The position numbers were made by a program, and so were the translations under genes. A DNA stretch of 64,000 nt from assembly GCA_038496445.1 (NCBI GenBank), contig JALMLS010000322.1:310001-374000 (forward strand). Reading direction: 5' to 3'. Positions within the stretch are counted from its first letter, which is position 1. Each line of letters begins with the position of its first letter. The notes beneath the pieces are model-generated. The model did no database searches. It saw only the letters and a program-made list of their open reading frames with translations, and was not told where the DNA came from. Source of the DNA: Trichosphaerium sp. ATCC 40318. Lineage: Eukaryota; Protista; Tubulinea. Shown one piece after another: positions 25,942-39,100 of the stretch.

Positions 25942-26997
25942 TCAACAGACTTTAGCAGTTCCATTAACATAAAAGCAGCGCCTTTTCAGCTGACCATTCA
26001 TGTGCCAAATTTTTTCCTCACCTTCTTTTTTACCATGTACATAAGTTGTTTTTCTCTTCAACAAGCCTGCCTTTATCCAAAAGACTCTTTCTTCACCTTC
26101 TCTTTTTCCATGCCGAAAAAAACTTTGCACTTTTAATTTCCCATTATCATAGAAAACCAAGTTCTCTCCTTCTAATCTACCTTTTACAAAAGTACATCGC
26201 GACAATAATTGGCCATTATCATACCATTCTTTCATTTCTCCTTCTTTGACACCATTGACATAAAATTGTTGCCTTGATAACTTACCATTAGCATGCCAAT
26301 ATTTTTCTTCGCCTACTCTTTTTCCTTTGTCAAAGATACTCTTTTGCTTCAATTTCCCATTCTTGTAACGGAAGCATTCGCCTGAGTACTTACCATCCTC
26401 ATAATGGCAATGAATGTCTAATTGGCCACTTTTTTGCCAATGCTTATATTCTCCATGTCGCTTGCTATCCTTAAAGAAGCATTGCTCATAAATCTTTCCA
26501 TTTGATTTATTGAACATCTTACTTTCTCCATGCTTCATTCCATTCTTGAAAAACACGTGTTCACACAGGAATCCTGTGATTGACCATCTCTTGTACTCAC
26601 CATCAAGCTCACCTCCAGTGTAAGACGTTTGTGTTATCTGTTGACCACATCTCAGCCAAGTTTTGCCAACACCCTCTCTGAGTCCATGAGAATAAAATAA
26701 TTGAGCCACTAATTTACCACCATCACGTTTCAACCACCTACCACCACTGTATTTCAACCATTTACCTTGTTTCTTAAGGTCATTATCAAACCTTGAGCAT
26801 GTCGATGCTTTTTTTGATAATAACGGCCACTTTATGTACACTTCGCTATCTGATTCCATAATTTCGAGCTGTAGTTCCGGCGGTAGCTCAAGTAAGCTAT
26901 TAAAATCTTGTATTTGGTTACTGGTCCTCTAAAATGGCGTTAACTTTAACACAAACACCAATAGAAGCCGTACGTGCACTTTACGCTTCACTGCCAT
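25942..26997 (-). CDS. F-box-like + MORN-variant (MORN_2/YwqK-type) repeat protein
   Basis: Exon MAVKRKVH and a 45-nt intron (26929-26973) join in frame to SLLELPPELQLEIM (F-box-like start). About 10 G...EG....WY.NG.L repeats follow in one exon. Confidence 0.8.
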
Positions 26998-27685
26998 TTC
27001 TTCGAACTCATTGGGTCAAACACGTGGTAATTAAATTTCTCGAGCGTTGTTTTTACAGGTCTATCTACGCTCAACCAGTTAAGCTTGGTTACGTAATCTG
27101 GACTTCTCCTAACAAGCTCTGGTGTGCAATCTCACTGCAAATCCGCAATCAAAGTTCGCTTTGATTACGCTTATTCACGCGCCCAGGTGGGTGTATCAAG
27201 CCTTTTTGGGCTTTTTGAGCGGGAGCCCTTCGGTCAACACTATTTCAACGTTATTTCGGTTTTTTATTTTGTAAAGTTCTTGTAGATCTTAACAGAAAGC
27301 CTCTATCATAAATATAAAGAGTAAAATTACTACCGTAAGTAAAACCAACAAAAAAAACAGAATTGGTGCAGAATACACTAATAACACCCTGTAGAGTAAC
27401 TGACGTTAAACGATGCCTTCAAAGTACGCTAATTAACAAATAAAACCAAAAAATTTGTATTAAAGCTATAACACCGCTTACGCCTGGCGTAGATCTAGCA
27501 TAAGAAAGAAGATTGGTTCAGGAAATAACAAATTATCCCATGGTCTTCTAGACTACCTCTTATTGTTCGTTATCCTTTCGTTTCAATGCACCACTGGTAA
27601 GAAATCACTACCTACGCCTATTTGCACCAAGTTAGCATAAAATCCTCGCCGCTAAGCCTTGTTGCCACTACATACGCTCTAAACC

Positions 27686-28430
27686 ATGCTGACGCACTTA
27701 GTTTGGCTAACAGTATGCTATTTCACAAACGTCGAGCCAACCTCATGCATCCCACTGCCACCTATTGACCAAGCCATCTACGAGGTCTATGGTGCGTCAA
27801 ACCGCGTAATCAGGGACTCAACTCACTCTTTTTAGACAAATTCGCTCCAGCCGAATATCTTCCTGTTGAATTGTACATTGCTCGCCAATTGGGTGTTCAA
27901 CAAGGAAAACAAAAGGTGAGCAGACGCTATTCCGTGTTTCTGGAACGAATTGTTTTATTTCTTTGAACTTTTACAAGACAAGTACTTATATTGGACCTAG
28001 TGTGGTCTTACTGGATCCGCTGGTATCGTAAGAAGCGCTCTTGTCGAGGACGTTGCTGCTAGATTTGAAATAGATGCAGCAGAAGCCTCTGAGCATGTTA
28101 CAAAAGCTACATCTGGTTCTGATGTATCTATTGAAGCCAAGGAAGAACAAAAGTACGTACTTTTGTAAAGTCATCAAGTTTTATCGACCCTTTGTCTTAT
28201 TATATCTGTAGGGATGACATCATTTCCTCTGCTGGTACACTCATGAGCTTCTTTTGTAGTTTGTTTTACTTTCTTGACGTTTTGGTTTTTTTTCGCTGAT
28301 TTCCTGTTTTTTAGTACCTTCAAAATTGCCTTTGGCTTGCTACGCTGACCGTTGGCAAAACGATCAAACTGTTATTACTAGTGCCGGTATTGTCGCTGGA
28401 TCCATCTTGCTTATTATCATTTTGGGATAA
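27686..28430 (+). CDS. Hypothetical protein with C-terminal hydrophobic (GPI/tail-anchor-like) segment; start uncertain
   Basis: Several exon-like blocks bounded by GT/AG. The last ends VITSAGIVAGSILLIIILG* followed by AATAAA-like signals. Confidence 0.4.
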
Positions 28431-28904
28431 ACAAAGACTCGTTGGTAGTAAAACAATAACGTTTTTTAAATGAAAAAAAATAAAGTTATCTTTAAATTAT
28501 ACTTTTGCTTTTGGATTGATCACTCTCTGTGATATTGGGCGCAAAGCGACTACCCCAATATTTTTTTGTTGAAGCGAAAAACACGGTTCGTTATTTTGAG
28601 ATGTTTAGTAGGTGACTGAGCGTACTGCTTGCGGTGTTGAATCAGATGGTCGCGTTCTTGAGTAAATTTTGTTGGAAACTTCAAGCGCGAAACCGGTGAT
28701 AAGCCTCATCATGCCGCGAATATTACTATGAAAATCATGCGTCTAAAATACTACACTTTGCGTTCCACATAGTTAATTAGCCGAGTTATAAATAAGCTAT
28801 TTCAGATAATTTAGCCAAAATAATGGCAAAAATAAAACAAATTCATTGAAAATATGTAAACTTGTTATTGCTCATAAAACAAAAAAACACAAAGACAACA
28901 CATC

Positions 28905-29489
28905 ATGGCTGACTACAAAATTGTCGTATTTGGAGGTGGCGGTGTAGGCAAATCAGCGCTTACTATACAACTATTGTACAACCACTTCGTATGGAATTAC
29001 GATCCAACAATTGAAGACGGATACAGAAAAGTCGTATCTATTGACGATAAAATGGCTGTTCTTGATATCCTCGACACTGCAGGCCAAGAAGAATACTCGG
29101 CTCTCAGAGACACATACATTCAAAGTGCTGACGGCTTCGTTCTTGTATACTCTGTAACCGACAGCAACAGTCTATATGGGCTGGAGACCTACATCAAACA
29201 AATTAAACGATCACGTGAAGCAGATGTTCCTCCTTTTGTCATTGCTGGAAACAAAAGTGACATGGTTGAATATCGGCAAGTCTCAACTGATGAAGGACAA
29301 GAGTTTGCGTCGTCCCATAACGCTCCATTTTTTGAGACATCAGCAAAGACACGAACTAATGTCGAAGAATCTTTTTATGAAGTAGTTCGCCAGAGTAGAC
29401 GACAAAACGAACAAGAAACACAAACCAAAACAACCAAGAAAAGAAGGAAAAGAAAGCTCTCTTCAATCAAAAAATGTAAACTAGTATAA
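28905..29489 (+). CDS. Ras-family small GTPase, intronless
   Basis: GGGGVGKS, YDPTIED, DTAGQEEY, NKSD, ETSAK, polybasic KKRRKRK and CaaX CKLV. Confidence 0.95.
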   Translation: MADYKIVVFGGGGVGKSALTIQLLYNHFVWNYDPTIEDGYRKVVSIDDKMAVLDILDTAGQEEYSALRDTYIQSADGFVLVYSVTDSNSLYGLETYIKQIKRSREADVPPFVIAGNKSDMVEYRQVSTDEGQEFASSHNAPFFETSAKTRTNVEESFYEVVRQSRRQNEQETQTKTTKKRRKRKLSSIKKCKLV

Positions 29490-30191
29490 AAAGCCAGACA
29501 AAATGTATATACACAAGACAATATTTATTGCAATAATTGTACATAACATTGTATAAAACCTGTACAAAGAAAAGAAAATCATAAAATAACACTAAAATTA
29601 AAACAACTCCTTTTCCATGTTTTCTTTGAGATCTCCGTCATTCTCTTAGTCCTATTAACAACGTTTCATGTCGCTATTAATGTATAATATACGGTATTAC
29701 AACAGCTGGTGGTAATAACGTGACATAAAATAAACCTAACAAGAACACTAGCCTAAGAGTGTTTAGTGTACTGTAGGAATAAATTCTCCACGGTAAGTTT
29801 CAGTTTGACTAACCGAAGCTACTATCATACTCCCATATCTTTCATAGTAGCTAACGAGTAATACACATGCTCTTAGTCTTTAATAACTTCAGCCCAGCAA
29901 TGAGAAACTACGTGCCATCAGTACATGGCCTTTGTTTAGTATCCAATTTTTTTGAAGACACATTGCCAGCATCCTCACCAGTAGGTATTGTGTCTAGCGA
30001 AAACAAACAAAAATACTCTGTACTCACCTAGGAAGGATAGAGGTAGATGTTGTTTTCCATAAAAATTTCTCAAATTACGCTGACAACTTACACCTTTTTG
30101 ACAACTCCCTACAAACTAAATTAAGATGTTTCTTTCCCAACACTAAACGTAAACTTGAACCAATTTGGTAAACGTTAATTTTATTGTTGCC

Positions 30192-30639
30192 TCAAGGTTT
30201 AAGTGCTTTCTGTGCTAATGCAGGACTATCACATGAAACAAGAACCTGTTGAAAGGCTACTGTAACTATATTAGTCAAAGGAAAGAAAGTCATCTTATCC
30301 CCGATAGCTCTTGAATAGCAACTACTTGGGTCATCATTTGTATGTATTTCGTAGCCAGTTTTCTTAGGTTTGTAGTGTATCTATAACAATATAGAGTTAG
30401 TAATACGCTTTTTAGTCTAGCCACGCAAGTGGCGTTTGTTTTGATACGTTGAGGCGTACCTCTACATTGTCGCATATGGTAGTGCTACGGTAATATGTGA
30501 TATGCAGCGATGTTGAGTTACGAAATACAAATGTATATCCTGGTGCAACGGGCATGCAATAGATTCCTTTTGGCTCCAATTGAAACGCTTGAACGCTGAC
30601 AAATAACAGAACAAGCGCGAGAAATATGTGTTGCAGCAT
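30192..30639 (-). CDS. Small secreted Cys-containing protein (divergent pair, left)
   Basis: MLQHIFLALVLLFVSVQA signal; EPKGIYC; one intron at CDNVE|IHY; ends KALKP*. Confidence 0.7.
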
Positions 30640-30924
30640 AGTTAGTATTAGGCCAAAACTAGTTTTCGTTAAGTGTATGAAAACAAATCGAGCGCAGGAC
30701 TTCTTCTGCACTAAGTTAATTAAGATATGCCTTAACCATACACCTGCAATGCATTTACACCAAGCGAATGGTAGCAATTAAAAAGAAAAAGTTTGCTTTA
30801 GAATATTCCTAATACCTTTCGTTTACAAGACCATATGGGGATGTAATTTCTTTTTTTGGAAGTTAAAGTAGTTTCTGTTAAGTTAACGTGACGAATATGT
30901 AACGTGCTTTATAAATCGAGGATA

Positions 30925-31507
30925 ATGCAACAACTCTGTTTAACTATCCTTTGTGTTTCTCTGTTTTCTTTAACAGTTGTGGCTATGAAACAACCTTATG
31001 GCTGCTACTGTTATGTTACACCTATTCTTTGGAATGACGAGATAGATAGAGGTATCGTATTCGAACAGCATTTAGACATAATAGACGGAGTGTACTTCAC
31101 CAATGTTACCTTTTTTGACTATACCGCTTTTCACCCTGTTTATTGCACTAACGTTGGGGTACGTAAAGTGATAATATGAAAACAAACGTTGTTAACGCAC
31201 AAGGTTGTTACCAAAAGTCTATTTTTTCTGTTGTTTTTGTTTTATCTCGGTTGAATGCAAACTAGGCGTTTTACTAACTCATTCATAGGCTCATTACACA
31301 CCTAATCGTGTAGCTTACACCATAAGCTTGGACTTTAGCGGAGATTCAGGAAAATGTTTAAAGAATGCTGTGAACAAATTTCAACCTTTTGTTTACTCTC
31401 CAGTTCTTAACCAAATTACAATCGGTGCTGAAATTATTTTCCCACTTGGTTTCTGCGACTGTGAGGATGACCTTCTAAAAAAGAAGCACAAGGCAATAGC
31501 TCAGTAG
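30925..31507 (+). CDS. Small secreted Cys-containing protein (divergent pair, right)
   Basis: MQQLCLTILCVSLFSLTVVA signal; QPYGCYC; intron 31159-31288 at CTNVG|AHY; ends KAIAQ*. Confidence 0.7.
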
Positions 31508-31576
31508 AACAATAAATATCTGGCTAAAAGCGCAGTAACAACCACGCATGTAACCATTCCGAATATTGCGAATAAT

Positions 31577-32441
31577 TCAATAAAGCTTTGCCTCCAAACA
31601 TGCACGTTCATATTTTGCCCTCCAAAACTCAATCTCACTAAATGCAACACGAATAGTATGCGCACCTGCAAGCGCTTTGATACCTTTATCTGTTACTGAA
31701 GTCATGCGTAGGTTAATGGTATGAACGCCTTTCAATGCAGCTATCCCCTTATCTGTAATTCTGTTACAATTAGATAGATCAATGCAATGAACACCTGTAA
31801 GCTCTTCCAGATCATCATCAGTAATCTCAGAAAATGATGCATCAATGTTACGAAACCCAGACAACAAAGACAGCAAAGTACGCTTTCTGGTGTCTTTAAG
31901 TATGATTCTACTATTATTCATTATCCCTTTGTACTGTCGTAGCTTTAGAATGTCTAGATTATTTTCGATATAAACCTTTTTGTACCCAACCACATCATGA
32001 ATAATATCGGCCATCAAACGACATGATTGAGCAACACAGAATCTATCATTTGCTTCTGTTTGACTTAGGATATTCGAAATAACCTCTGGTGGAAAATCAA
32101 CCAGATTTGTGACATCGTGCGTTGTTTTTTGCTCCTGTTTGTAGGATTAGTAAGTCGCCAACATCGTTTGCAGAACGTACCCTTATTTGTTATATTTTAG
32201 GCTCGTTAACATACTCAGATTGTGTCACGTGCTGATTTATTGTATTACCGACAGTTTCGTCATATTTGAACAGAACTTCATCGAGTAGCTGAAGAAAGCA
32301 CCTGTTTGTTGCGCTTAAGATACTTTCAAGTTGTTTTGCGAATGTTTCATTGTGTTTTTCTTTAATTTTATTGTATTTCTCTGCGTGGGCGTTGCGGTAG
32401 TATGAAATAGCTTGCTCAATTGAAACGCACGTGAAACTCAT
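31577..32441 (-). pseudogene. F-box/LRR type B, left copy, with premature stop
   Basis: Near-identical to 55663-56758 in the 5' part, but AAA>TAA at 32190-32192. Only 2-3 LRRs. Confidence 0.75.
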
Positions 32442-32770
32442 GGTTGGGGTCAGTTTTAAAGATAATGCGAAGCTATAGCAGTTAAGTGCTGCCTGTTAAG
32501 CACTTTGTGAAATGATGCAAGAGACTGACATCCTTTTCTCAGCGTATCTTTTTTTATTCATATAATTTTTGGACACTCGTTTGTATTTAACTGTTACATG
32601 GAATCTTTACAACATTAGTTGTTTACTTAAAAAACAAGATATTGAGTTACAAATTGAGCTCAATAAAGCCTTTATGTGTAATTGAAGAGCCTAGTGATGT
32701 TGTTGACATTTTACACCGTGGGACACTTGTGTCAGGGTAAAAACGGGCTCAAGTCACGAATCAGTATGCA

Positions 32771-33999
32771 CTATTTCTCCATGTCTGTCGGGGTAAAAAC
32801 TGTCTGACTGAGTCGACTCCAGTTGAAAGTCGAACGTTTAACACCACTAGAATAAATAGCAACAGAAACAGTATGGAAACCTTTGAGAGATTCAGCATCG
32901 CATGTTATTTTTCCACAACCTATAACACTAACAGTATGGGCTTTTAATGATTTGAGACCTCTGTCTGTAATTGAAGTATCGTCAAGGTTAATTGTGTGAA
33001 CGCCTTTGAGGTATTTGAGACCTTTATCTTTAATTGAAGTACCACTAAGATCAATGGTATGAACACCTTTGAGTGCTTTAAGGCCTTCATCTGTTAATGC
33101 AGTTACCCCAAAGAGATCAATGGTATGAACTCCTTTGAGTGCTTTAAGGCCTTCATCTGTTATGCCAGTATCACCAAGATTAATGGTATGAACTCCTGCA
33201 AGTTCTTTGAGGCCTTCATCTGTTATTGCAGTTCCACAAAGATTAACAGAATGTATTCCTCTGAGCGCTTTAATACCATTATCACTCACATTTTCACAGC
33301 CATTAATGTTGAGAGTATGAACACCTGCAAGTCCAATAGCCTTAAGATCACTATCATTTAGTTATTTATGAAACCCGGTGGTGTTTGTATATGGCGACAT
33401 CCTGCCAGTAATGAATACAATGTGTTGTTCACATATTTATCTAATTCAATGATAGTGTTTTTGACGATGCCTTTGTATTGCAGAATCTTCGAAATATCAG
33501 GAACACACTTGATACGAATAAATTCATATCCAACAATATTGTGAATGAGATCAGCCATCAAACGACATGATTGAGCAACACAAAATCTTGATTTTGCATT
33601 TGTACGATTAAGAATATAATACGCAATAATCTCGCGTGGCAAATCAACAAAGTTCAACTGTTCGGATACTGTTTGAGCTCTGTGAGTTCATACTTAGAAA
33701 AAAAAACCCTCTATGAAAGTCTGACGTACTCTCTTTTGTGTTTGCGTATTGTTGGCTCCACTCCGTCTGTTGGATGCTGTCTACATGCTCATTACTTGCT
33801 TCTGAGACGATATCCACATGTTTGAAGAGAGCTTCATCAAATATTCGCACGAGCTTTTATTTGTATCGATGATAATACTTGAGAGTTGTTTAATCAACGA
33901 TTGGGTTTGTTTATCTCCTTTAATTTTACTGAACGCTTCTGCGTGGTATTTTCGATAGTACGTTAATGCTTGATCTATTGTAACTCCTGGAAAGTCCAT
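32771..33999 (-). pseudogene. F-box/LRR type A, left copy, with three 1-nt deletions (pseudogene or assembly indels)
   Basis: Aligns to 53210-54994 with 1-nt deletions near 33853, 33780 and 33361. About 6-7 LRRs and a different C-terminus. Confidence 0.75.
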
Positions 34000-35294
34000 T
34001 GTTCGTTGTTTGAAACACAAAGTGAAGAATTCTAATTTTTTTGAAAAACCGGAAACGTCAAGATTGGATAGCTAAATTGGGCGAAAACTGTTTTGACTGA
34101 TAGAAACAAATGGAGTAGTACAATGGCTAAACCGCTATCTGCGGAGAACCCTGTGCCTATAGATAATAAAACTAATCAAGTATTAGACAAATAAACCTTT
34201 ATTCGTTGAGAATAAAAATAGATGCAAAAAATTGTCGAGCTTTTCTCATCACCACCAACAACTCGCTTCAAGTCACCATCATGGTACTTGGTAAGGTAGG
34301 GAGGGTCGTCAACCAGCATGGTTTCAGCAGGTTGCTGTTTACTGAGATCAATACGTGTATCCTGCTACCCCTTGGTGAAACAGGGCACTGTTGAGAGGAC
34401 GTATTTGTACCGGAAAGAACAACTGGCATTTGACGAGTGCCTACACTAACAATTTGGAGAAAAATCCTTTTGTTCATGACTATTTTGATCAAAAATTAAT
34501 TGTGGTATTTGCTCATTTCTTCTAAAACCCTCCCACACGATAGCCACAACCTATTTACGCATTATTGGTGTATTTTTTGGTTTTGTATACTCGAATTTAG
34601 AGTCTGGTTCCTGTGCGTGAAGTAGTGTAGTAATGGAAAATAAAAAAAAGGTTAATTTCACACTTTTCGAAAACGGTTGATCAACACTTTTGTGAAACGT
34701 CATTTATTAAGGTTAGGTTTTACGCTACGGAAAATAACGTGGGTATACTCATCTTTTTTTACTTACGTGTGGGTGTAGTTGCATGAATTTTGCAGCTTCG
34801 TTTTTTAAGTCTTTTGCTGCCTCTGCGTGAAGTATACTCTTTAAGGCAACCTAGAAACCAAAAATGAGTTATCGTCAACAGAATTTCTAAAGGTTTTTTT
34901 CAACCCATCATATTATTCCTAAATTAGTCATTCGTAATAATAATGCCCAAAACTGAACCGAAAATCAGCCGAAAATATAAATATACCAAACGTTATTTTA
35001 GTTCAACTATGGCGTTTAATTCAATAAGATGAGAAGCAACGGACACCTTAGCACAAGTTACGTAAACGTATAAAAAACGATCAGTCAGACAACACAAATC
35101 CTTCAAAAATTAAACGGGCGCTTGCAGGGAACGTTTACCTACATAATCAGAGAAGTTCATTAATTATATTATTAGACTATCTAAATAGTATTTAAATTGT
35201 CTTGATACGGCAAACTTACGCGTGCTATGCAGTTTGGAGGGACTTGGCGAATGTATTAACTATTCTTACCTCTCCCAAACGCAGGTCATCCTAA

Positions 35295-35903
35295 ATGCTT
35301 TCCTTCGTTGCCAAAACTGTACGTAGCCTCTGTAACAAGAAACGACGTGGTATCAAGCACATGTCGGCAAAAAGCCTTGGCAACGACCTCTGCTCTATCG
35401 CAACGATAGTAACCCACACGGCCTGTTGCCTCGACTTTATGCACAGAGATGGTTACGTACATACAAATATAAACCCAGAGACGGTCATTCTAATGTCCAG
35501 TGGTAATTCATACTTAAAAGGCCCCATGTACATGCTGCCTACTGGACAGCGCAGGGCCGCTGGTTACGTGTTTCCTGATTACGGTAACTCGAAAACAACC
35601 GACATCTATCAAATCGGCTTCTTGGCAACAGAGCTGTTCTTGGGCGATAAAGGCGACGATTGGATCGACGCGAACGGTGAATCCGATCTTATTTTCTTTT
35701 TGGCCAACTACACGAACGCAAGGCGCCAGATATCACGCCTGAAGGAAGCCAAGGCCCCAGACTGCCTCATACGATTTGTTTCTCTTTGCTTTGAGGAGAA
35801 TACGACAACAGATGATCTACTGGAAACAATACTGATACAGCACCGCACAAACACTCGCAAAGAGTTTCGCAAGCGCATTGTAAAGAAGCATAAAAACTTG
35901 TAA
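35295..35903 (+). CDS. Intronless protein-kinase-fold fragment / pseudokinase
   Basis: CLDFMHRDGYVHTNINPETVIL (catalytic loop HxDxKPxN degraded to HTNINPET), no DFG, TDIYQIGFLATEL (subdomain IX). No N-lobe in frame. Confidence 0.55.
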   Translation: MLSFVAKTVRSLCNKKRRGIKHMSAKSLGNDLCSIATIVTHTACCLDFMHRDGYVHTNINPETVILMSSGNSYLKGPMYMLPTGQRRAAGYVFPDYGNSKTTDIYQIGFLATELFLGDKGDDWIDANGESDLIFFLANYTNARRQISRLKEAKAPDCLIRFVSLCFEENTTTDDLLETILIQHRTNTRKEFRKRIVKKHKNL

Positions 35904-36113
35904 ACAACAAACTAAATAAATGTAATTTTAGACCAACCCTCAAGCGTTCTTTGGTATGTTTTCCTCCTTGTAGTTCAAAAGTAACCGCGTAAAATACAAA
36001 TCTAATTGAATTTCTTGAATAAAAAAACTACCAAACAAGAGAAAATCATCTTCAAGCGTTTCTTTATGTACAATGACTTTAAAAGAATGTAAAAAAAAAA
36101 GTATCTGAAAGCT

Positions 36114-39100
36114 TCACTGAGTCTTACTACGAGTTTCTCTCGTACTTGTACTAGACTCAGTTTCATCACCCATGGCGCGTGTCACACGAGGCGAACGCTC
36201 TAATTTCGGTCTTTGTTCTTCTACAGGAGAAGTGCCAACTCTTTTTTTTGTTATTCTGTTTCCAGGCGTCAGCGTAGGAAAGTACGTCGTTCGTAGTGAT
36301 TGAGCTTCTTTCTCTTTCACTGGTGCGAATAACCTCTCTTTAATCTCACTAATGGTAGTATTATCATCCAAACTACGCATGTGTCGTGTCTTTGTGAGTC
36401 GAGGAATTAGTGCAGAGTGAGATCTTCGTCCTAATTACGAGAATTAGTGCTACTAGCTTAAAAAAACTACGCACTTGATTTATGTGTATGTAATCTTTTG
36501 GCAACTAACGATGCTACAAATCTATAGAATCGACTCTCCAGCTTTGGATCATCTGGTTTGAAAAAAAGATGAGAATTTTTTAAGAACGTTACACTGTCAG
36601 AGAAAAAAAAACTTACTGTAAAAAATGACATTGAGTATTACACGATCCAGCACTAGGAGGTCCACTTTATCCCTATTTGCTTTAACAGTAGCTGTCGCTG
36701 GACATTGACATAGGAAGGATATTTCACCAAAAATATCGCCAGGTCGGAGGGTGGCAAGTACCTGTTCGAAATTGTTATTCAATAAAGTACAAACGAGAAA
36801 AAAAAGTTCGGAAAACATTCATGAGGAACGTACTGTAGTTTGATCGCCTTCTTCCCTCTCTATACGACAAGATCCTTTAACTATCTGAAACATACGATTG
36901 TAATGGTTTCCTTCTTTCATTACAATCTCATCCATACCATAGGATAGTAAAGAGTCCTCAGAGCCATTCATAATTATATCCCAATCACTTAAAAAAAAAA
37001 AAAGTCAGATTACTCTCTAAAATCTAAAACTCACTCTGCAGATAATTCTTTCTGGTATCCTGTACCGTCCTCTGTGAACAACTCTACTTTGGTAGTTTTT
37101 GGTTGGTTTTGTTTGGCGCGAGAAGCAATTAACGATAATTCTGCAATAAGCTTATGAATATGATCCCTCTCCTTCTCAGACGCAAACCCAAGCTTGTAAG
37201 TCTATAATATTGAGTTAAAACATGTATTTGATAGAATAAAAAGGGATCCTCTACTCGTACTTTTAAAAGTTGCTCAGCTTTTCTCGAAGCCACTGATATC
37301 ACAATAGAGCATCCAGAGCGCTTGGAGATCTTAGAAATATACGACATATCAAAGATTTGCTTTCTCTCAACATAAAATAGGGACCAAGTGAAACATAGCC
37401 ACGACTTTGTAATATACAAGTGACTGTGTATCTTATGAATATTCCCAGGTCTTACAAAATCACACTGAAGATCAGCAATCACAGGCGTTATTCTAGTTGA
37501 ATATAAATTAGATACAACAAATTCAACAATAGTCAAGAAAAAAAACAAACAATGAAACTTGTCTTACGATGGAAGCTCAAACTTTTTTTGTAACCATAAA
37601 TCTGTTTCTGCATCTGCAATATCGTCTACGTGAGATCTAGACATCACCCGAGAGTTAAGCCTGTTCAATTTACGATAGTTTGGAGGTTTTCTCGAGATTG
37701 TGTCATCCTTGTTTAAACAATGAGCATTAAGTTCTTTGAGAATGTCGCTTACCCCTTTCGCATTATCTGCATTGATAGCAAGTGAAGAAAGAAACTTCGC
37801 TGTTTGCCTGTAAAACCGTGAAGCAATCAACGGATGAGCTTCAAATAAATTGAATAGGAACGTCATAGATACCACAGACACTGTCACTGTATCAGAAACT
37901 GCAACCTAAACAGATATTTAGTGACGAAGAGCAAAAAAAGGTGAACTGAAAAGCAAGTCTACAAAAAAACTTCAAAAAGCATACAGTGGTTGTATCAACT
38001 GGTATATCTTTGCCTAACACTGCAGCGTCACCAATAACTTGCATAGAACCAGCTTGACCAATAACTCTATCCGTACTTCCTTTCTTAATAAGCACATCAG
38101 TTAATCCCTACAAACAGTTAGCCATTTTATTTCAAGCACTTGCGACTTTTTTGTAGTACCTTCTCAATCCTGTAAATATGATGTTTGTCTTGTCCAGGTT
38201 GTACCAAGATATCTCCTTTTTGATATACCTTTCTACTAGCGCCAGATAAAATCAACTAAATCATTGATAAATATTTCACTCTTTTTTACCTATGACTAAA
38301 CCACAACGCACCTCCCAATCCCTAGAAGTCAATCTACGCCGTTTGTTCTGGTCAGACAAAACGCTGCCAGAATCAAGGTGTTTTGAGTATATCTGTACCC
38401 AATCCTTTACTCTATAATAATACAATCTAAGAGGATCATCCTTTGATGTTTTCAAGTCTGCCAATTGATCCTCAAATTTTTCCTAAACAAAATCAAGTCA
38501 GGTAACATGTAGAGACCGAACGTCTACTTGCGAAAAAAAATATGTAGCGCAATAACATTTATAACTTTCGAGCTCTAGCGTACCGAAAAAATATCTCCAA
38601 CATGCATAATGAGAAATTCAAGCAAATTGTTTGAGTTTACTTGATTTTCAGATTTCCCACAGTGCCGTAAGAGAACCATAGTGAATACATGGGCATCATT
38701 GGTTAGCCTAAGCTCAACAAAATTATTTCTATCCTTCCCTTTTTTATGAGAGCAACTATTAATATGTTAGAACATAGCTATCACTTACTAAGCCATCAAC
38801 GTACCGCCTGTGCAGAAGAAGCAAAATTTTATGTACAATAGCTTGACTACTCACTGGCAACGAATGCACGAGCTCTCTTACGCGCTCAACACGCTCCTCT
38901 TCTGGATATTCTAGAAGACAAGTAAGTCTTAAGTTAAATAGCAAGTAATAGAGAGCGCACCAGTGAGAACAATATTAAAATATACATGATACTGATATGG
39001 AATAACTGGGTGATCTTGTTCTCGTAAGAAGCGTATTAAAAGAGCAGCAACTACATAAGCATCTTCGTTATCAAAACCAACAAAGTCTTCAGTCTCGATT

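Noticed and set aside
29579-30060. Exon-like blocks on the minus strand (KQRPCTD; hydrophobic LVFLLGLFYVTLL) reminiscent of a CTL N-terminus
   Set aside because: I could not build a continuous frame with a start codon, and the similarity is too short to support a call.
30192-30194. TGA followed by further open codons, suggesting readthrough or a recoded stop
   Set aside because: The protein length and end match the paralogue at 30925-31507, and an AATAAA follows. All three stop codons terminate genes normally elsewhere in the window.
34206-34492. Short ORFs on both strands upstream of the left LRR cassette
   Set aside because: No recognisable motif and no self-consistent spliced model.
25942-35903. 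Endogenous giant-virus insertion (MORN, F-box/LRR, intronless kinase-like genes)
   Set aside because: No viral hallmark genes (capsid, packaging ATPase, polymerase, primase) or terminal repeats. The genes carry host-type introns and are interspersed with ordinary host genes.
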